Positions 46,567-57,198 of a stretch of DNA of 64,000 bases are shown piece after piece. Location: assembly GCA_043803765.1 (NCBI GenBank), contig JAZDJQ010000012.1, positions 109,194 through 173,193 on the forward strand, read 5' to 3'. The notes under the pieces were generated by a model. It saw only the letters and a list, made by a program, of their open reading frames with translations, was not told where the DNA came from and searched no databases. Each line of letters begins with the position of its first letter. The stretch's first letter is position 1. Source of the stretch: Candidatus Iainarchaeum sp. (GTDB lineage Archaea; Iainarchaeota; Iainarchaeia; Iainarchaeales; VGJJ01). The position numbers and the translations under genes are program-made.

Positions 46567-46942
46567 CATTCCTTAATTCACTCAAAATTTCTTCTTCATC
46601 CCCATTGGAAGGGGTTCCAAAAATAGTTACTCGTTCTATTTTTCCTAATTTTTTCATTAGTTTGAGTGCCATTCCTAAATCAAAATCGTGCAAGGAATAA
46701 TTCGGGGATGTTTGAATGGATTCGATGTCCTCCCATACGACAACGTTAGTAGCGTTCCGAATCGTGTCGATGATAAAGAGGTGTTTTTCTTCTGGAAAAT
46801 TCTCTGCAGGGTCAATCTCAATAAATTGGATAAATGGAAATGCTGATTCTAATTTTGGAATCAGCCGAATGGGGATGGAATCCTCTTCGATGAATGGATT
46901 TCCGAGCACGTAAATGTTATACGATGGGTTTCCCTTTTTCAT
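46526..46942 (-). CDS. hydrogenase maturation protease-like protein
   Basis: VLGNPFIEED, IIDT, SLHDFDL. Confidence 0.75.
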   Translation of the reverse strand: MKKGNPSYNIYVLGNPFIEEDSIPIRLIPKLESAFPFIQFIEIDPAENFPEEKHLFIIDTIRNATNVVVWEDIESIQTSPNYSLHDFDLGMALKLMKKLGKIERVTIFGTPSNGDEEEILSELRNAISNSLPKNESHN

Positions 46943-47138
46943 CTTTAATCACAATCGCATGAGTAGGACATCCTGTTGCGGCGTCCACGTTCTTTTGTAA
47001 GTCTTTTTCGTCGAATGTTTTGATTCTACAATCCGCCAGCCCGTCTGCCGCAATCACCCATGTTTCGGGGGCAATTGCCGCACAGTTAGCTGCTCCGATG
47101 CATTTGCTCCGATCATACTCAATCGTGTATTTTCCCAT
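46917..47138 (-). CDS. monocluster ferredoxin
   Basis: CIGAANC...GCP. Confidence 0.9.
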   Translation of the reverse strand: MGKYTIEYDRSKCIGAANCAAIAPETWVIAADGLADCRIKTFDEKDLQKNVDAATGCPTHAIVIKDEKGKPIV

Positions 47139-47201
47139 CGTTCGATACCCCCCCTTCCATCCTCGTTCACACAGAAATCTTTTATGATTAAAAATATGCC
47201 C

Positions 47202-47441
47202 CTATTTGGTTGGTTTTTCACTATCGCTGTCACTCATGTCTTCTTCATCGAACACCACTCCTTCCTTGATGATAAAGTCCCCTAACACGTTTTCGCAAAC
47301 GCTGCAATACATTATTTTCGGGAAGTCTGATTCTTCGGCAGGTGTAAGAAAAATGTCTTCTTTTTTGTGCGAAATGTTCATCTCATTCAGTTCTTTTATT
47401 ATTTCTTCTTTTGTTCGATGGCAAATCCAGCATTTTTCCAT
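47202..47441 (-). CDS. small Zn-finger-like protein
   Basis: CWIC...CSVC, acidic tail. Confidence 0.6.
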   Translation of the reverse strand: MEKCWICHRTKEEIIKELNEMNISHKKEDIFLTPAEESDFPKIMYCSVCENVLGDFIIKEGVVFDEEDMSDSDSEKPTK

Positions 47442-47463
47442 AACGAGCAACTCCTTTCATTTT

Positions 47464-48672
47464 TTACAAGAGTACCGATGCCAGTCCCAAAAAAGTGAAG
47501 AAGCCGAAAACATCCGTCGCAGTGGTGATGAAAACGGCAGCGGAGGAAGCAGGGTCTTTTCCAAGCCCTTTCATAATAAGCGGGATAATGGTCCCAAAAA
47601 ACCCAGCCATGACCAGGTTCACGACCATGGCAACCCCTACAATTAGTCCCAGCAAGATGTTTTGGTTCCACATGATTGAGATTAATGTTACCACGATCCC
47701 TACAATAATTCCATTAACTGCCCCGGCCGTCACTTCGTTCACCAATACGGATCTTCCCCTTTTCCAATCTAGTTCACCCAATGCAATCCCCCGAACGGCC
47801 ACTGCTAATGTTTGGGTTCCCGCATTCCCTGCCATTCCGGCAATAACCGGCATGTAGATTGCCAGGAGGGTGAACGCGGCAATCGTGTCCTCAAACAATC
47901 CAACTACGGCGGCCACTATAAACGCCGTTCCCAGATTGAGAATCAGCCACTTGTACCGGTTGCGCACCTTGTCCAAAAATGAATCTAATATATCCTCCTC
48001 ATGGGAGACGCCTGCAAAATTATACAGCCGGCGATTTGTTTGTTCGTGCAGCATATGTAAGACGTCTGCGGAATAAATTACTCCTAAAATGCTTTCATCG
48101 TTATCTAATACGATTACTTTGTTGTGTCTTCGATTCCTTAATATTTCAACCAGTTTGTGTGTTGAATCGGTATATTGTATGGTAGACACTTTCCGAGTGA
48201 AATTTCCTACTTTTTCCCTTGCTCGGCGATGCACGATATCGGTTCCTTCTATTTCTCCTATGGGAAACCCTTTTTCGATAACAATGATGGTGGGAAATCT
48301 TCCCAATGCTTTCTCGTGCTTTGCAATCATTTCTTCTAATTCTCCAAATGGAGTGTCATATTCCACTTCAATGAAATCAAAGCTCATCATGGATGAAATG
48401 GATTTGTGGTGAATCCTTAGAATCGTTTCTACTTTTTCTTTTACATCATCTTCGAGTCTCCGTGTTACTCTCCTTCGTTGTGTTTCGGGAAGGAAAAGAA
48501 GTAGTTTGGCAATCGTATCCGTGTCTAGGAAGTGAAAAAGGTGCACGATATCCGAAATGGACATCTTCCGCAGGAGGATGCCTTGTTTCCTCCTAGACAT
48601 ATGAAGTAATGCGAATGCTTGTTCTTGCAGGGGGAGCAATTCAAAGTCTACTTCTTTTTTTGGAATAGGCAT
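47464..48672 (-). CDS. mgtE: magnesium transporter MgtE
   Basis: CBS pair, GNAGTQT, DPASSAAVFITTATD. Confidence 0.93.
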   Translation of the reverse strand: MPIPKKEVDFELLPLQEQAFALLHMSRRKQGILLRKMSISDIVHLFHFLDTDTIAKLLLFLPETQRRRVTRRLEDDVKEKVETILRIHHKSISSMMSFDFIEVEYDTPFGELEEMIAKHEKALGRFPTIIVIEKGFPIGEIEGTDIVHRRAREKVGNFTRKVSTIQYTDSTHKLVEILRNRRHNKVIVLDNDESILGVIYSADVLHMLHEQTNRRLYNFAGVSHEEDILDSFLDKVRNRYKWLILNLGTAFIVAAVVGLFEDTIAAFTLLAIYMPVIAGMAGNAGTQTLAVAVRGIALGELDWKRGRSVLVNEVTAGAVNGIIVGIVVTLISIMWNQNILLGLIVGVAMVVNLVMAGFFGTIIPLIMKGLGKDPASSAAVFITTATDVFGFFTFLGLASVLL

Positions 48673-48787
48673 CCTTCGAATAAACAGGGGTTGTTTTTAT
48701 TCTTCCCTGCGCGCCGCAGGATATTTTCCCTCTTTGAAAGAAAAAATACTGTTTTGGGCGAAAACCGCATCGTGAGTATTAATGCCT

Positions 48788-49753
48788 TTATTCAAATAAT
48801 TGGCTCAAACTGCTTCCTTCATTTGTCCGATAAATGGCTTCGGCGAATAGGTTTTCTAATGGAATTACTTCCACGTTTCCACTAGGCTGTTGAGGAATAG
48901 AATTGGTTACAAACATTCCATCTACGACTCGTGCAATGTTTTCACGTCCACTGCTGAACAACCCGTGCGTACAATACACATACACGCGTTTTGCCCCCAT
49001 TGCTCGCACTCCTTTCACGGCTTCAATAATCGTTCCCCCTGAATCAACCATATCATCAATAATTAACACGTTTTCTCCTTTCACTTCTCCTACTACTTTG
49101 AATTCGTGAATTTCTCCTTCTTTTTTCCTATACTTGTACCCAATCACGATATTTTCAATACCCAGTTTGGTGGCAAATCCTTTTGCACGAGATGTTCCTC
49201 CTGCGTCGGGTGACATGATAATGGCATTCTCCAAAAGAGTGGGGTGGTTTTTCTTTAGGTATTCGTACAGCATTCTTGAACTATACAAATTGTCAAATGG
49301 AATACGGTAAAAGCTGGGCAATAATGATGAGTGCGTGTCAATCGTAAGAATGCGGTTAGTATAGAGTGATAATATGTCCGATACGGCACGTGCGTTTACC
49401 GCAACTCTGGATTCGTCTTTCCTGTCTTGTCTGGAAAATTTCATGTACGGCAAAACGTCAATGAGTTCGTTAGCCGAAGATGAGTGCACGGCCTCGTTCA
49501 CCAATGCAAGCTGTAAAAACCAGTCGGCTGGTTTGAGTGATGAATCATGAATGAAGAAGCAGTTTTTTCTCCTGATGTTTTCCTTAATTTTGACTTTAAT
49601 TTCGTGGTCTCGGAACTCTTTGATGCTTATTTCATTCAGCTCGAATGTCCCATTCCGCTTGCATAGGTTTTCATAAATCTTTTTTGCGAATTCCCATGCC
49701 CCTCCGTTTGGATCAGCCAGAATAGAACATGGATTGTCAATGTGATTTGGCAT
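48788..49753 (-). CDS. prs: ribose-phosphate pyrophosphokinase
   Basis: PYMKFSRQDR, SPDAGG, IIDDMVDSGGT, THG. Confidence 0.95.
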   Translation of the reverse strand: MPNHIDNPCSILADPNGGAWEFAKKIYENLCKRNGTFELNEISIKEFRDHEIKVKIKENIRRKNCFFIHDSSLKPADWFLQLALVNEAVHSSSANELIDVLPYMKFSRQDRKDESRVAVNARAVSDILSLYTNRILTIDTHSSLLPSFYRIPFDNLYSSRMLYEYLKKNHPTLLENAIIMSPDAGGTSRAKGFATKLGIENIVIGYKYRKKEGEIHEFKVVGEVKGENVLIIDDMVDSGGTIIEAVKGVRAMGAKRVYVYCTHGLFSSGRENIARVVDGMFVTNSIPQQPSGNVEVIPLENLFAEAIYRTNEGSSLSQLFE

Positions 49754-49867
49754 GAATTACCCTCTCCAAACTAACCATGTGTAAAGAGGAATATAATGCA
49801 GGTGGTAGCAATCCAATTAGCCAGAAAAATGATACCCCATTATAAACAAGGAGGGAATCCTTCACCC

Positions 49868-52800
49868 ATGCTCCCTTCCTATATAAGGCTGCTTTGGATT
49901 GGTTTTTTTCTCCTTATTTTTTTCTCGCAGGCGTGGGCGGCCACCTCTTCTCTCACAGTAACTACCTGTTCTCAAGAGTTAGGAACAGTCATCATTGCCA
50001 ACTGTAGTGGATTGAATACAAGTAACGATACTTCCGACGTCACAATAGCCAAAAACGCAAGTCTGGGATTGGCTTGGAGTGATACCACTTTTTCTGGAAC
50101 TATTAGCAGTGTTACCATAACGATTCGGCACAGTGGGGCATCGGGCATTTCAGGAAGGGTGGGGCTTATTCTGTATGATGGTCAAAATAGTAGTGTGAGC
50201 AGCCCATTTTGTACCGAAAACACGAGCATATCAAACACGACTTCGTATACAACGCATACGATAACCGCATGCACTCCCACAGGAGGGTGGGACACAACAA
50301 AACTCAATAATTTGAAAATAAATGTGAATAATAATGATATAGGCATGCCGCAGAATATGTTTGTTTCCTATGTTTCCGTAGGCGTGACGTACACTCCTAT
50401 TGTCTGTGGAAATAGTATAGTTGAGAGTGGTGAAACATGTGATGATGGGGGTACGACCAGCAATGACGGTTGTTCTTCCACATGTCAAACGGAAACAGGA
50501 TGGACCTGTTCGGGAACCCCTAGTTCATGCACTCCTATTTGTGGGGATACCCTCATCAAAGGAAGCGAGGCATGCGATGGTGCCAATTTGAATTCCGCAA
50601 CATGCGTCACTCAGGGTTTTTCAGGAGGCACGCTCACGTGTAATGGAACATGCACTGGGTTTGTTACGAGTTCCTGTTATACGTGTGGAAATGTTACCAT
50701 TGAACTAGGGGAAACGTGTGATGGAACCTCATTAAATGGACAAACATGCAGTTCCCAAGGATACACGGGGGGAACACTCACATGCGCGGCTAATTGTTTG
50801 TCGTTTAATACGTCCGCGTGTACCTCCGCAACGTGCGGTAATAATATTATTGAAGGAAGTGAAACATGTGATGGAACCTCATTAAACAGTCAAACATGTT
50901 TCTCGCAAGGATACTTGAGTGGAACACTAGCATGTGCGGCAAACTGCAGTTCATTTGACACGAGTGCATGTGTTGCTATGGTCTGTGGAAACAATATAAT
51001 AGAAGGAAGCGAGGTCTGTGATGGAACCGCGTTAAACAGCGAGACGTGCACATCATTAGGTTTTGACTCGGGTTCCCTTGCATGTGAAAGCGATTGTTCC
51101 GCATACCAAACATCTTCCTGTGTAACAAGTGAAATATGTGGGAATAGCACTATCGCCGGTCCTGAAGTATGTGATGGATCTAATTTGGACAGCGAGACAT
51201 GCGTTTCTCAAGGATTTGAGTCAGGAACATTGACATGTGAAAGCGATTGCTTGAATTTTGATACGAGTTCGTGCGCCGCACCTATTACGACTACCACTCC
51301 AACATGCGGGTATGGTTGCTGTGGCTCTAGAACGTGTGATATTCCAACAGGTGAGGACTATTACACATGTCGAATTGATTGTTCATCTCCCTATTTGATT
51401 GTAATTCACTCTCTCTTACCCTCTTCTCTAGATGAGTTTTCTGTTGGTGACCAGGTTATTATTCGTATTTCTATTGATGCCGATTCGCAGCAGAATGTTC
51501 GTGCAGATAGCATTAAGATGATTGGCGAATTTGGAGAATTAGAATTGTTGGATGATGGCCAGCATGGCGATTTGGCAGCAGGAGATTTTATTTACGGAAA
51601 CTTTCTCACGGCGGAAAAGAGCAATACGCCTATTCTTTACCCTTTTACCATAAAGGCAACCATTGCTCAAACCACGCAAACATTAGAAAGCGGATATCAA
51701 ATTGTTCCATTGTTATACGTGAATGTGACGACTCCTCGCAAAAAGTATTCGCAGGGGGACATTATTACTTTTTCCGGCCGCCTTACTCAGAAAATGAAGC
51801 CCGTGCAGTACCCGGTAGATATTATTCTTGAAGCAGGAGACAAAATTTTGTTCACAAAGCAGATTATCCCAGACCAACAGGGAAAATTTTCATTTGACTA
51901 TCAAATATCTACAATTGACCCATTGGGAGAATGGAAACTTACCGCTACATCAAGGGATGATGGAGGCAATTTTGGATTCATCATTAAAAAATTGCAGATT
52001 TTTGAGCCTCAAACATTTGTTAATTTGGGTATTGAATTATTAACGAATAGTCAGACGATTTGGGAGCGAGGAAGCATACAAACAATCGTTGTGCGTGTTC
52101 GTGACCAATTAGATGAACTGGTTGAAAATGCAACCGTACAATTTATCCCCCCAGTAGGAAATCCCATTCCACTCATCGAGACGGAGTATGGCAATTATTC
52201 AGCAAAGTATTCCATTCCACAGTCCATTCCTAAAGGAAAACAACCCTTCATTGTTCGTGCGACACAGCAGACAGCTTTTTCAACAAAGCAGGGATCTAAA
52301 ACATTTGACATTCCTATTGGAGAAGCCTCCTTGACTATTCTCCTGCTTGAACCATCTTCATTCCTTACACAGGTGGGAGAAGAACTCTCTATTAGGTTGC
52401 GTGTTTCATATCCTCAGGGACAACCATTAAATGATATTGCATTCAATGCTTACCTGAATGGAAAAGAAGTTTCTTTTTTAGGGGTAGAACCCGGCATATT
52501 TGTTGGAAAATATGTAGTGGAATTAGGCGATTTGGGAAGACCTATTTTGAGCATTGCATTTGCAGACCAATATGACAACACGGGAACGCTTGACCTTCCA
52601 TTGATAGTGAATGGTATTTCCCCCCTCTATTATGTTCGCACGTACTTCCTAATCGTAGTGGGACTACTTGTAGTAATGAGTTTCCTATTCCAATCCAGTG
52701 CGAAATCATACCTTATTTCATTTCGAAGGAGAATGCTTGAAAGCAAAGAGAGACAGCTCTTGGCTAAAATAAAAGAGTTGCAGACGCAATACTATCAAAA

Positions 52801-52912
52801 AGGGGCGCTAAGTAAGGAGAGTTATCAAAAACTATATGCCCCTTATGCTATTGAATTACAGACTGTTCGTAACGAAATCATTAAAAACGCCGAAAAGGAT
52901 ACTAAAAAGTGA
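49868..52912 (+). CDS. large Cys-repeat surface protein
   Basis: signal peptide; 6 CG(N/D)xxxxxxExCD repeats; LLDDGQHGD; Ig-like beta domains; C-terminal TM and coiled-coil tail. Confidence 0.85.
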   Translation: MLPSYIRLLWIGFFLLIFFSQAWAATSSLTVTTCSQELGTVIIANCSGLNTSNDTSDVTIAKNASLGLAWSDTTFSGTISSVTITIRHSGASGISGRVGLILYDGQNSSVSSPFCTENTSISNTTSYTTHTITACTPTGGWDTTKLNNLKINVNNNDIGMPQNMFVSYVSVGVTYTPIVCGNSIVESGETCDDGGTTSNDGCSSTCQTETGWTCSGTPSSCTPICGDTLIKGSEACDGANLNSATCVTQGFSGGTLTCNGTCTGFVTSSCYTCGNVTIELGETCDGTSLNGQTCSSQGYTGGTLTCAANCLSFNTSACTSATCGNNIIEGSETCDGTSLNSQTCFSQGYLSGTLACAANCSSFDTSACVAMVCGNNIIEGSEVCDGTALNSETCTSLGFDSGSLACESDCSAYQTSSCVTSEICGNSTIAGPEVCDGSNLDSETCVSQGFESGTLTCESDCLNFDTSSCAAPITTTTPTCGYGCCGSRTCDIPTGEDYYTCRIDCSSPYLIVIHSLLPSSLDEFSVGDQVIIRISIDADSQQNVRADSIKMIGEFGELELLDDGQHGDLAAGDFIYGNFLTAEKSNTPILYPFTIKATIAQTTQTLESGYQIVPLLYVNVTTPRKKYSQGDIITFSGRLTQKMKPVQYPVDIILEAGDKILFTKQIIPDQQGKFSFDYQISTIDPLGEWKLTATSRDDGGNFGFIIKKLQIFEPQTFVNLGIELLTNSQTIWERGSIQTIVVRVRDQLDELVENATVQFIPPVGNPIPLIETEYGNYSAKYSIPQSIPKGKQPFIVRATQQTAFSTKQGSKTFDIPIGEASLTILLLEPSSFLTQVGEELSIRLRVSYPQGQPLNDIAFNAYLNGKEVSFLGVEPGIFVGKYVVELGDLGRPILSIAFADQYDNTGTLDLPLIVNGISPLYYVRTYFLIVVGLLVVMSFLFQSSAKSYLISFRRRMLESKERQLLAKIKELQTQYYQKGALSKESYQKLYAPYAIELQTVRNEIIKNAEKDTKK

Positions 52913-52916
52913 CGAT

Positions 52917-54107
52917 ATGAAAAAAATAGTGGGCATCGCACTTATTTTCTTTCTTATAGGGATTTTTCCATTTGTGAATGCAGAAATAACTCTCTCAACA
53001 AATCAAATGGAATACACGAAAGGAGAGACTATCATTTTTCATGTGGAAGGAGCCCCTTTTCAATCAACCGTCATTAATGGGAAAATGGATAATCGTATTC
53101 AATTTAGTCTAAATGTGGTGCTAGACGATGCGGGAAAAGCGGATGTGAATTACACGATCCCCTTTACAAACGTTTCAGGGGAATGGGAACTTTCTTTGAG
53201 TGGAGAAAGCAAGTCCAATTATGTGATGATTTCTCCTTCCAACGCATCATCTATTTTTATCATCACATTCAACAGTCCAACCCCATCAAAATATGCGCGG
53301 CTAGAGACGATTCCCATCTCGGTGAATGTGACGAATGCAGGAATAGGGGTGAATAATGCAGTCGTACATGCATGGACTCCTGAAGGAAAAGAAATCATCC
53401 TTCAAAATATTATGGATGGACGATATGAGGGGAGTTTTCATGCTCCTCCATCGCAACTATTAGAAAACTGGCTCTTTTTCGTTACCGCAGAAGCAGAAAC
53501 GGAAAATGGGTTGCGCGGTGGAGAGAATTCTATTGCATTAGAGTTCAAGCCTGCCATATTACAATTAGATGTTCTCACTCCCCTTCCTTCTGTTATTGGT
53601 TTTCAGGAAACCATTTCTATCACTTTCCAGTTTTCTTACCCTGAAGGAAAAACGATTGATGTTGTTTCCGATATTACATTTGGAGAAGAAAAGTTAACAG
53701 CTACTCCAATTGGAAATGGAAAATACACGGTTGAGTTTTCTCCTAAAAAAGATGGACTAAACATATTGAAAGTAAGTGCTTTTGATGAGTTTGGAAACAG
53801 TGTGTTGCGGGATTTTCCATTCCAGGTTCGTTCACAACTTGAAACGATTTGGGAACAAAATAAAATGCTTATTTTTGTCGTTGGGAGTGCATTAATTCTG
53901 TTGCTCATCTTTGTAGGATACCGCAGGGAAAAATCCATTGCTAAAAACAAAAACAATGAACAAATACAAAAGTTACAGAAAGAACTTCAAATATTGCAAA
54001 AAGCATACTACAAGGAGCAGACGGTCGACCGTAAAACGTTTGAGAGTGAATCATCTCGAATACAGAATGAAAAAAAAGCTCTCGAAACCAGGATACAAAA
54101 GGAATAA
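52917..54107 (+). CDS. surface protein with Ig-like domains, TM and cytoplasmic tail
   Basis: same architecture as the C-terminal half of the previous gene. Confidence 0.8.
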   Translation: MKKIVGIALIFFLIGIFPFVNAEITLSTNQMEYTKGETIIFHVEGAPFQSTVINGKMDNRIQFSLNVVLDDAGKADVNYTIPFTNVSGEWELSLSGESKSNYVMISPSNASSIFIITFNSPTPSKYARLETIPISVNVTNAGIGVNNAVVHAWTPEGKEIILQNIMDGRYEGSFHAPPSQLLENWLFFVTAEAETENGLRGGENSIALEFKPAILQLDVLTPLPSVIGFQETISITFQFSYPEGKTIDVVSDITFGEEKLTATPIGNGKYTVEFSPKKDGLNILKVSAFDEFGNSVLRDFPFQVRSQLETIWEQNKMLIFVVGSALILLLIFVGYRREKSIAKNKNNEQIQKLQKELQILQKAYYKEQTVDRKTFESESSRIQNEKKALETRIQKE

Positions 54108-54116
54108 ATAGCTCAA

Positions 54117-55082
54117 ATGGATGGACATGTTATGAGTTTCTTTGGAAATGCTACTAATGGACCTAAAAAAGACCCGTCCAAAAAGGCTTCCATTGGGGTG
54201 GTTATTCCTCCTGCTGAATTGAAAGAAATCGCCATGAATCGTACAAACGTTCAAGTTACTCCTCACAAGAATGCTAAAATAAGTGAGGTGAAGGCCTTTC
54301 AAAAGGAAATCCTATCTCCTTCCCTAGCAAAAAGCAGTACTCCTACACAGAATGTTCTCCCCACGTATATTCCTGGTTTAGATGAAATGATTGAGGACAA
54401 TGGATTTGAGCGCGGTTCTACTATTCTTATAACAGGTGGCGCGGGTTGTGGAAAAACAACTATTTGTTGCCAAATGCTCTATAATGCTATTAAAGATGGG
54501 GAAAAAGTAGTGTATATTTCATTAGAAGAGGAAGTGAAAAAGCTCAAGGCCCACATGAAAAAGAATTTTGGGTGGGATTTTAGTTTATATGAAAAAAACA
54601 ACCAGGCTACATTCATCCAGATGGACCCCATTGATGTGGCGAGAAAAATAGAGAGTCAAGTTGCTGCGCAGAAAGGAAAATTACTCATTGAGATGGAGGA
54701 TTTTGATTTTCCATTCAAACCAGACCGCATCGTGCTTGACTCTCTTTCCGCGCTGAGTATTGCGTTTGAAAACTCGGAGAGTTATAGAAAATTCATTCGT
54801 CATTTGTTCAAACGATTTGAAGAGACTAACTCTCTTGTTTTTATGATTGGAGAGAATGAACAAAATCCAAGGATGTATTCTCATGCGGGCGTAGAAGAGT
54901 ATTTGGTAGACGGTGTTGTTGTTTTATATAACATCAAATCAGGTTCGCAGCGAATAACAGCCCTGGAAATTCTCAAGTTGCGTTCTTCTAAACATGCCAA
55001 AAAGATTGTTCCATTCAACCTGACGAAGACCGGTATTGAAGTTTTTCCCGACCAAGAAATTTTTGAAGAGCCCAATTCTTAG
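54117..55082 (+). CDS. KaiC/RAD55-like ATPase
   Basis: GGAGCGKT, ISLEE, RIVLDSLS, EILKLR. Confidence 0.92.
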   Translation: MDGHVMSFFGNATNGPKKDPSKKASIGVVIPPAELKEIAMNRTNVQVTPHKNAKISEVKAFQKEILSPSLAKSSTPTQNVLPTYIPGLDEMIEDNGFERGSTILITGGAGCGKTTICCQMLYNAIKDGEKVVYISLEEEVKKLKAHMKKNFGWDFSLYEKNNQATFIQMDPIDVARKIESQVAAQKGKLLIEMEDFDFPFKPDRIVLDSLSALSIAFENSESYRKFIRHLFKRFEETNSLVFMIGENEQNPRMYSHAGVEEYLVDGVVVLYNIKSGSQRITALEILKLRSSKHAKKIVPFNLTKTGIEVFPDQEIFEEPNS

Positions 55083-55115
55083 AGAATGACAAAAGAATGA
55101 AAACAGAAAAAAAGA

Positions 55116-55458
55116 TTAAACCTTAATCACTTGGTCGCATAATTGGGCTATTTCAGATCGAATCTCTGGGTTTACTTGGTCGCGCAGGGAAAGTAAAACA
55201 CCCCCCATTCCTTGGATGCGGAGCTTCGTGAGAGTACCGTGAATAAATCGCCCGTTGTTATTAATGGCAGCAACATCATTGCTATTCAAATAGGCTGGAT
55301 TGACCATGGGATTAACATTACCAATGTTGCGCATGTTATTCGCATTGCCCATATTCATATTTGGATTACCACGGGCATTTCCCCTCGCAGGATAGTTACC
55401 CCCATAGTCGTTTTGCGAGTAGCCCGTTTCATACGGGGGGGCGGGGGGCGTCTTCCAT
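55116..55458 (-). pseudogene. N/G-rich protein frameshifted in a G7-C-G6 tract
   Basis: ATG 55458 reads MEDAPRPPV*; removing one G gives a 113-aa ORF MEDAPAPPYETGY... Confidence 0.55.
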
Positions 55459-55512
55459 AAATAACCTAAAAATTCCCTCTTTATATACTCTTTGCGGACG
55501 ATTTGATTCAGT

Positions 55513-57081
55513 ATGGATATCCTATTCAAACGTTTTTCTATTAGCTTGGGCAAAACCGACTTGTTCCACGATGAGAGTTTCGGCATTTCGTATGGTAGCA
55601 AAGTCGGGTTGATTGGCCGAAATGGTTCGGGGAAAACCACGATGCTTAAGGCGATTATTGGAAAGGCTGATTTTAATGGAAAAATAGAATGCGCTGGAAG
55701 AATAGGGTATTTTGCCCAGCATATTGATGTCGATTCTAATCTCACTTTTCTTGAAGAATTGGAAAGAGGAATTAATCATTCAAAGTATGCGGATAAGATT
55801 ACCCAAATCGAGTCTCAAATGGCCAATCCTATTGTATACAATGATATGACTAGACTGGCCGCTCTCACGGAGGAATATACGCTTCTCCAGTCAAAGATGG
55901 CTCGTGAAACGCAATCCTCGAATGCGGTAAACGTAAAAGAGGTATTGAAAAAACTCCGTGTGGATGAAAGTTTGTTTTCGATGAAAGTTGGGAATCTTAG
56001 CACGGGACAAAAAGCCATTCTTTCATTAGCGCGGATTTTTTGCGCCGATACGGACATTTTGCTATTGGATGAACCAACCAATCATCTTGATTTTGCACGC
56101 CTCCATATTCTGGAAGACCATATCAAACAATTCAATGGAACGGTTATAGTAGTAACCCATGATCGTTTTTTCCTCAATCGTATTGCAGACACTATTCTCA
56201 AAATAGAAAATGGAAAAGTAATAAAATATAATGGTAATTATGATGTCTACAAGCGTGCGCAATTAGAAAAATTCCACGCGCAACGAAAGGCATACGAAAA
56301 CGAGGAAAATTATCGCCGTATTCAGTTAGAAAAAATAAACAAGATTGGCACCGCGCCCAAAAATATTAGGCAGAGCGAGTATCGGAGACGTATGTTGGAT
56401 GCCCGTGAGGAAGTCGAAGCACCCGATTTGGATGAAAGCTCTTTTGAAGTGCATTTTAACGCTAAACCGATGAAAGCGCCCTATGTAGTAGAAACGAAAA
56501 ACTTGAGCGTAGGGTATGAATCTCCTCTCATTAAGGATATTGAGCTTGCTATTGGCGCACACCAGCGATTTGTTATTATTGGGGAAAATGGGTGCGGAAA
56601 AACAACACTGCTCAAGACGATTGCGAATAAAATTTATCCGCTGAAAGGAGAAATCAACCTTGCGAGTGAAGCAAAAATAGGATACATGGACCAGGATTTG
56701 AAAAATTTGAATGAGGAAAACACGCTGTATGAGGAAATTTTTGCCATGCTTCAAGACAAAGGAGTAGCCCGCCAAAATCTTTCCATGATTGGCTTTCGTA
56801 AAACGTATGAAGTGGAAAAGAAAATCTCCTCGTTGTCTATGGGGGAAAAGATGCGCCTCCAGTTGTTGAAAATCCTTCTCGACCAGCCCAACTTTTTGCT
56901 TTTAGATGAACCAACCAATCACTTGGACATTGATGCAAGGGAAATAATTGAAAACGCTTTTCTGAATTATGATGGAACCATTCTTGCCGTTTCCCACGAC
57001 CGGTATTTTATCCAAAAAGTAGCCAACCGCATTGTGAAAGTACAGAATAAGAAGCTCGTGCATATAAGAAAAATAGAATGA
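55513..57081 (+). CDS. ABC-F family ATPase
   Basis: two NBDs (GRNGSGKT, GENGCGKT), LDEPTNHLD twice, HDR, no TM. Confidence 0.95.
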   Translation: MDILFKRFSISLGKTDLFHDESFGISYGSKVGLIGRNGSGKTTMLKAIIGKADFNGKIECAGRIGYFAQHIDVDSNLTFLEELERGINHSKYADKITQIESQMANPIVYNDMTRLAALTEEYTLLQSKMARETQSSNAVNVKEVLKKLRVDESLFSMKVGNLSTGQKAILSLARIFCADTDILLLDEPTNHLDFARLHILEDHIKQFNGTVIVVTHDRFFLNRIADTILKIENGKVIKYNGNYDVYKRAQLEKFHAQRKAYENEENYRRIQLEKINKIGTAPKNIRQSEYRRRMLDAREEVEAPDLDESSFEVHFNAKPMKAPYVVETKNLSVGYESPLIKDIELAIGAHQRFVIIGENGCGKTTLLKTIANKIYPLKGEINLASEAKIGYMDQDLKNLNEENTLYEEIFAMLQDKGVARQNLSMIGFRKTYEVEKKISSLSMGEKMRLQLLKILLDQPNFLLLDEPTNHLDIDAREIIENAFLNYDGTILAVSHDRYFIQKVANRIVKVQNKKLVHIRKIE

Positions 57082-57198
57082 GCACAGCGGCTTTGCTCCC
57101 ATGACCTTGCGTTTCCCTCACTCCGCTAGTGAGAAACTAATTCGTAATCAAATTAATCATATGTATCTTGTTTGGATTTCGTATTGGACATTCCCAAC

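Noticed and set aside
55459-55745. 209-aa ORF as given in the track
   Set aside because: Its N-terminal half is antisense shadow of the ABC-F gene; the real start is probably 55458
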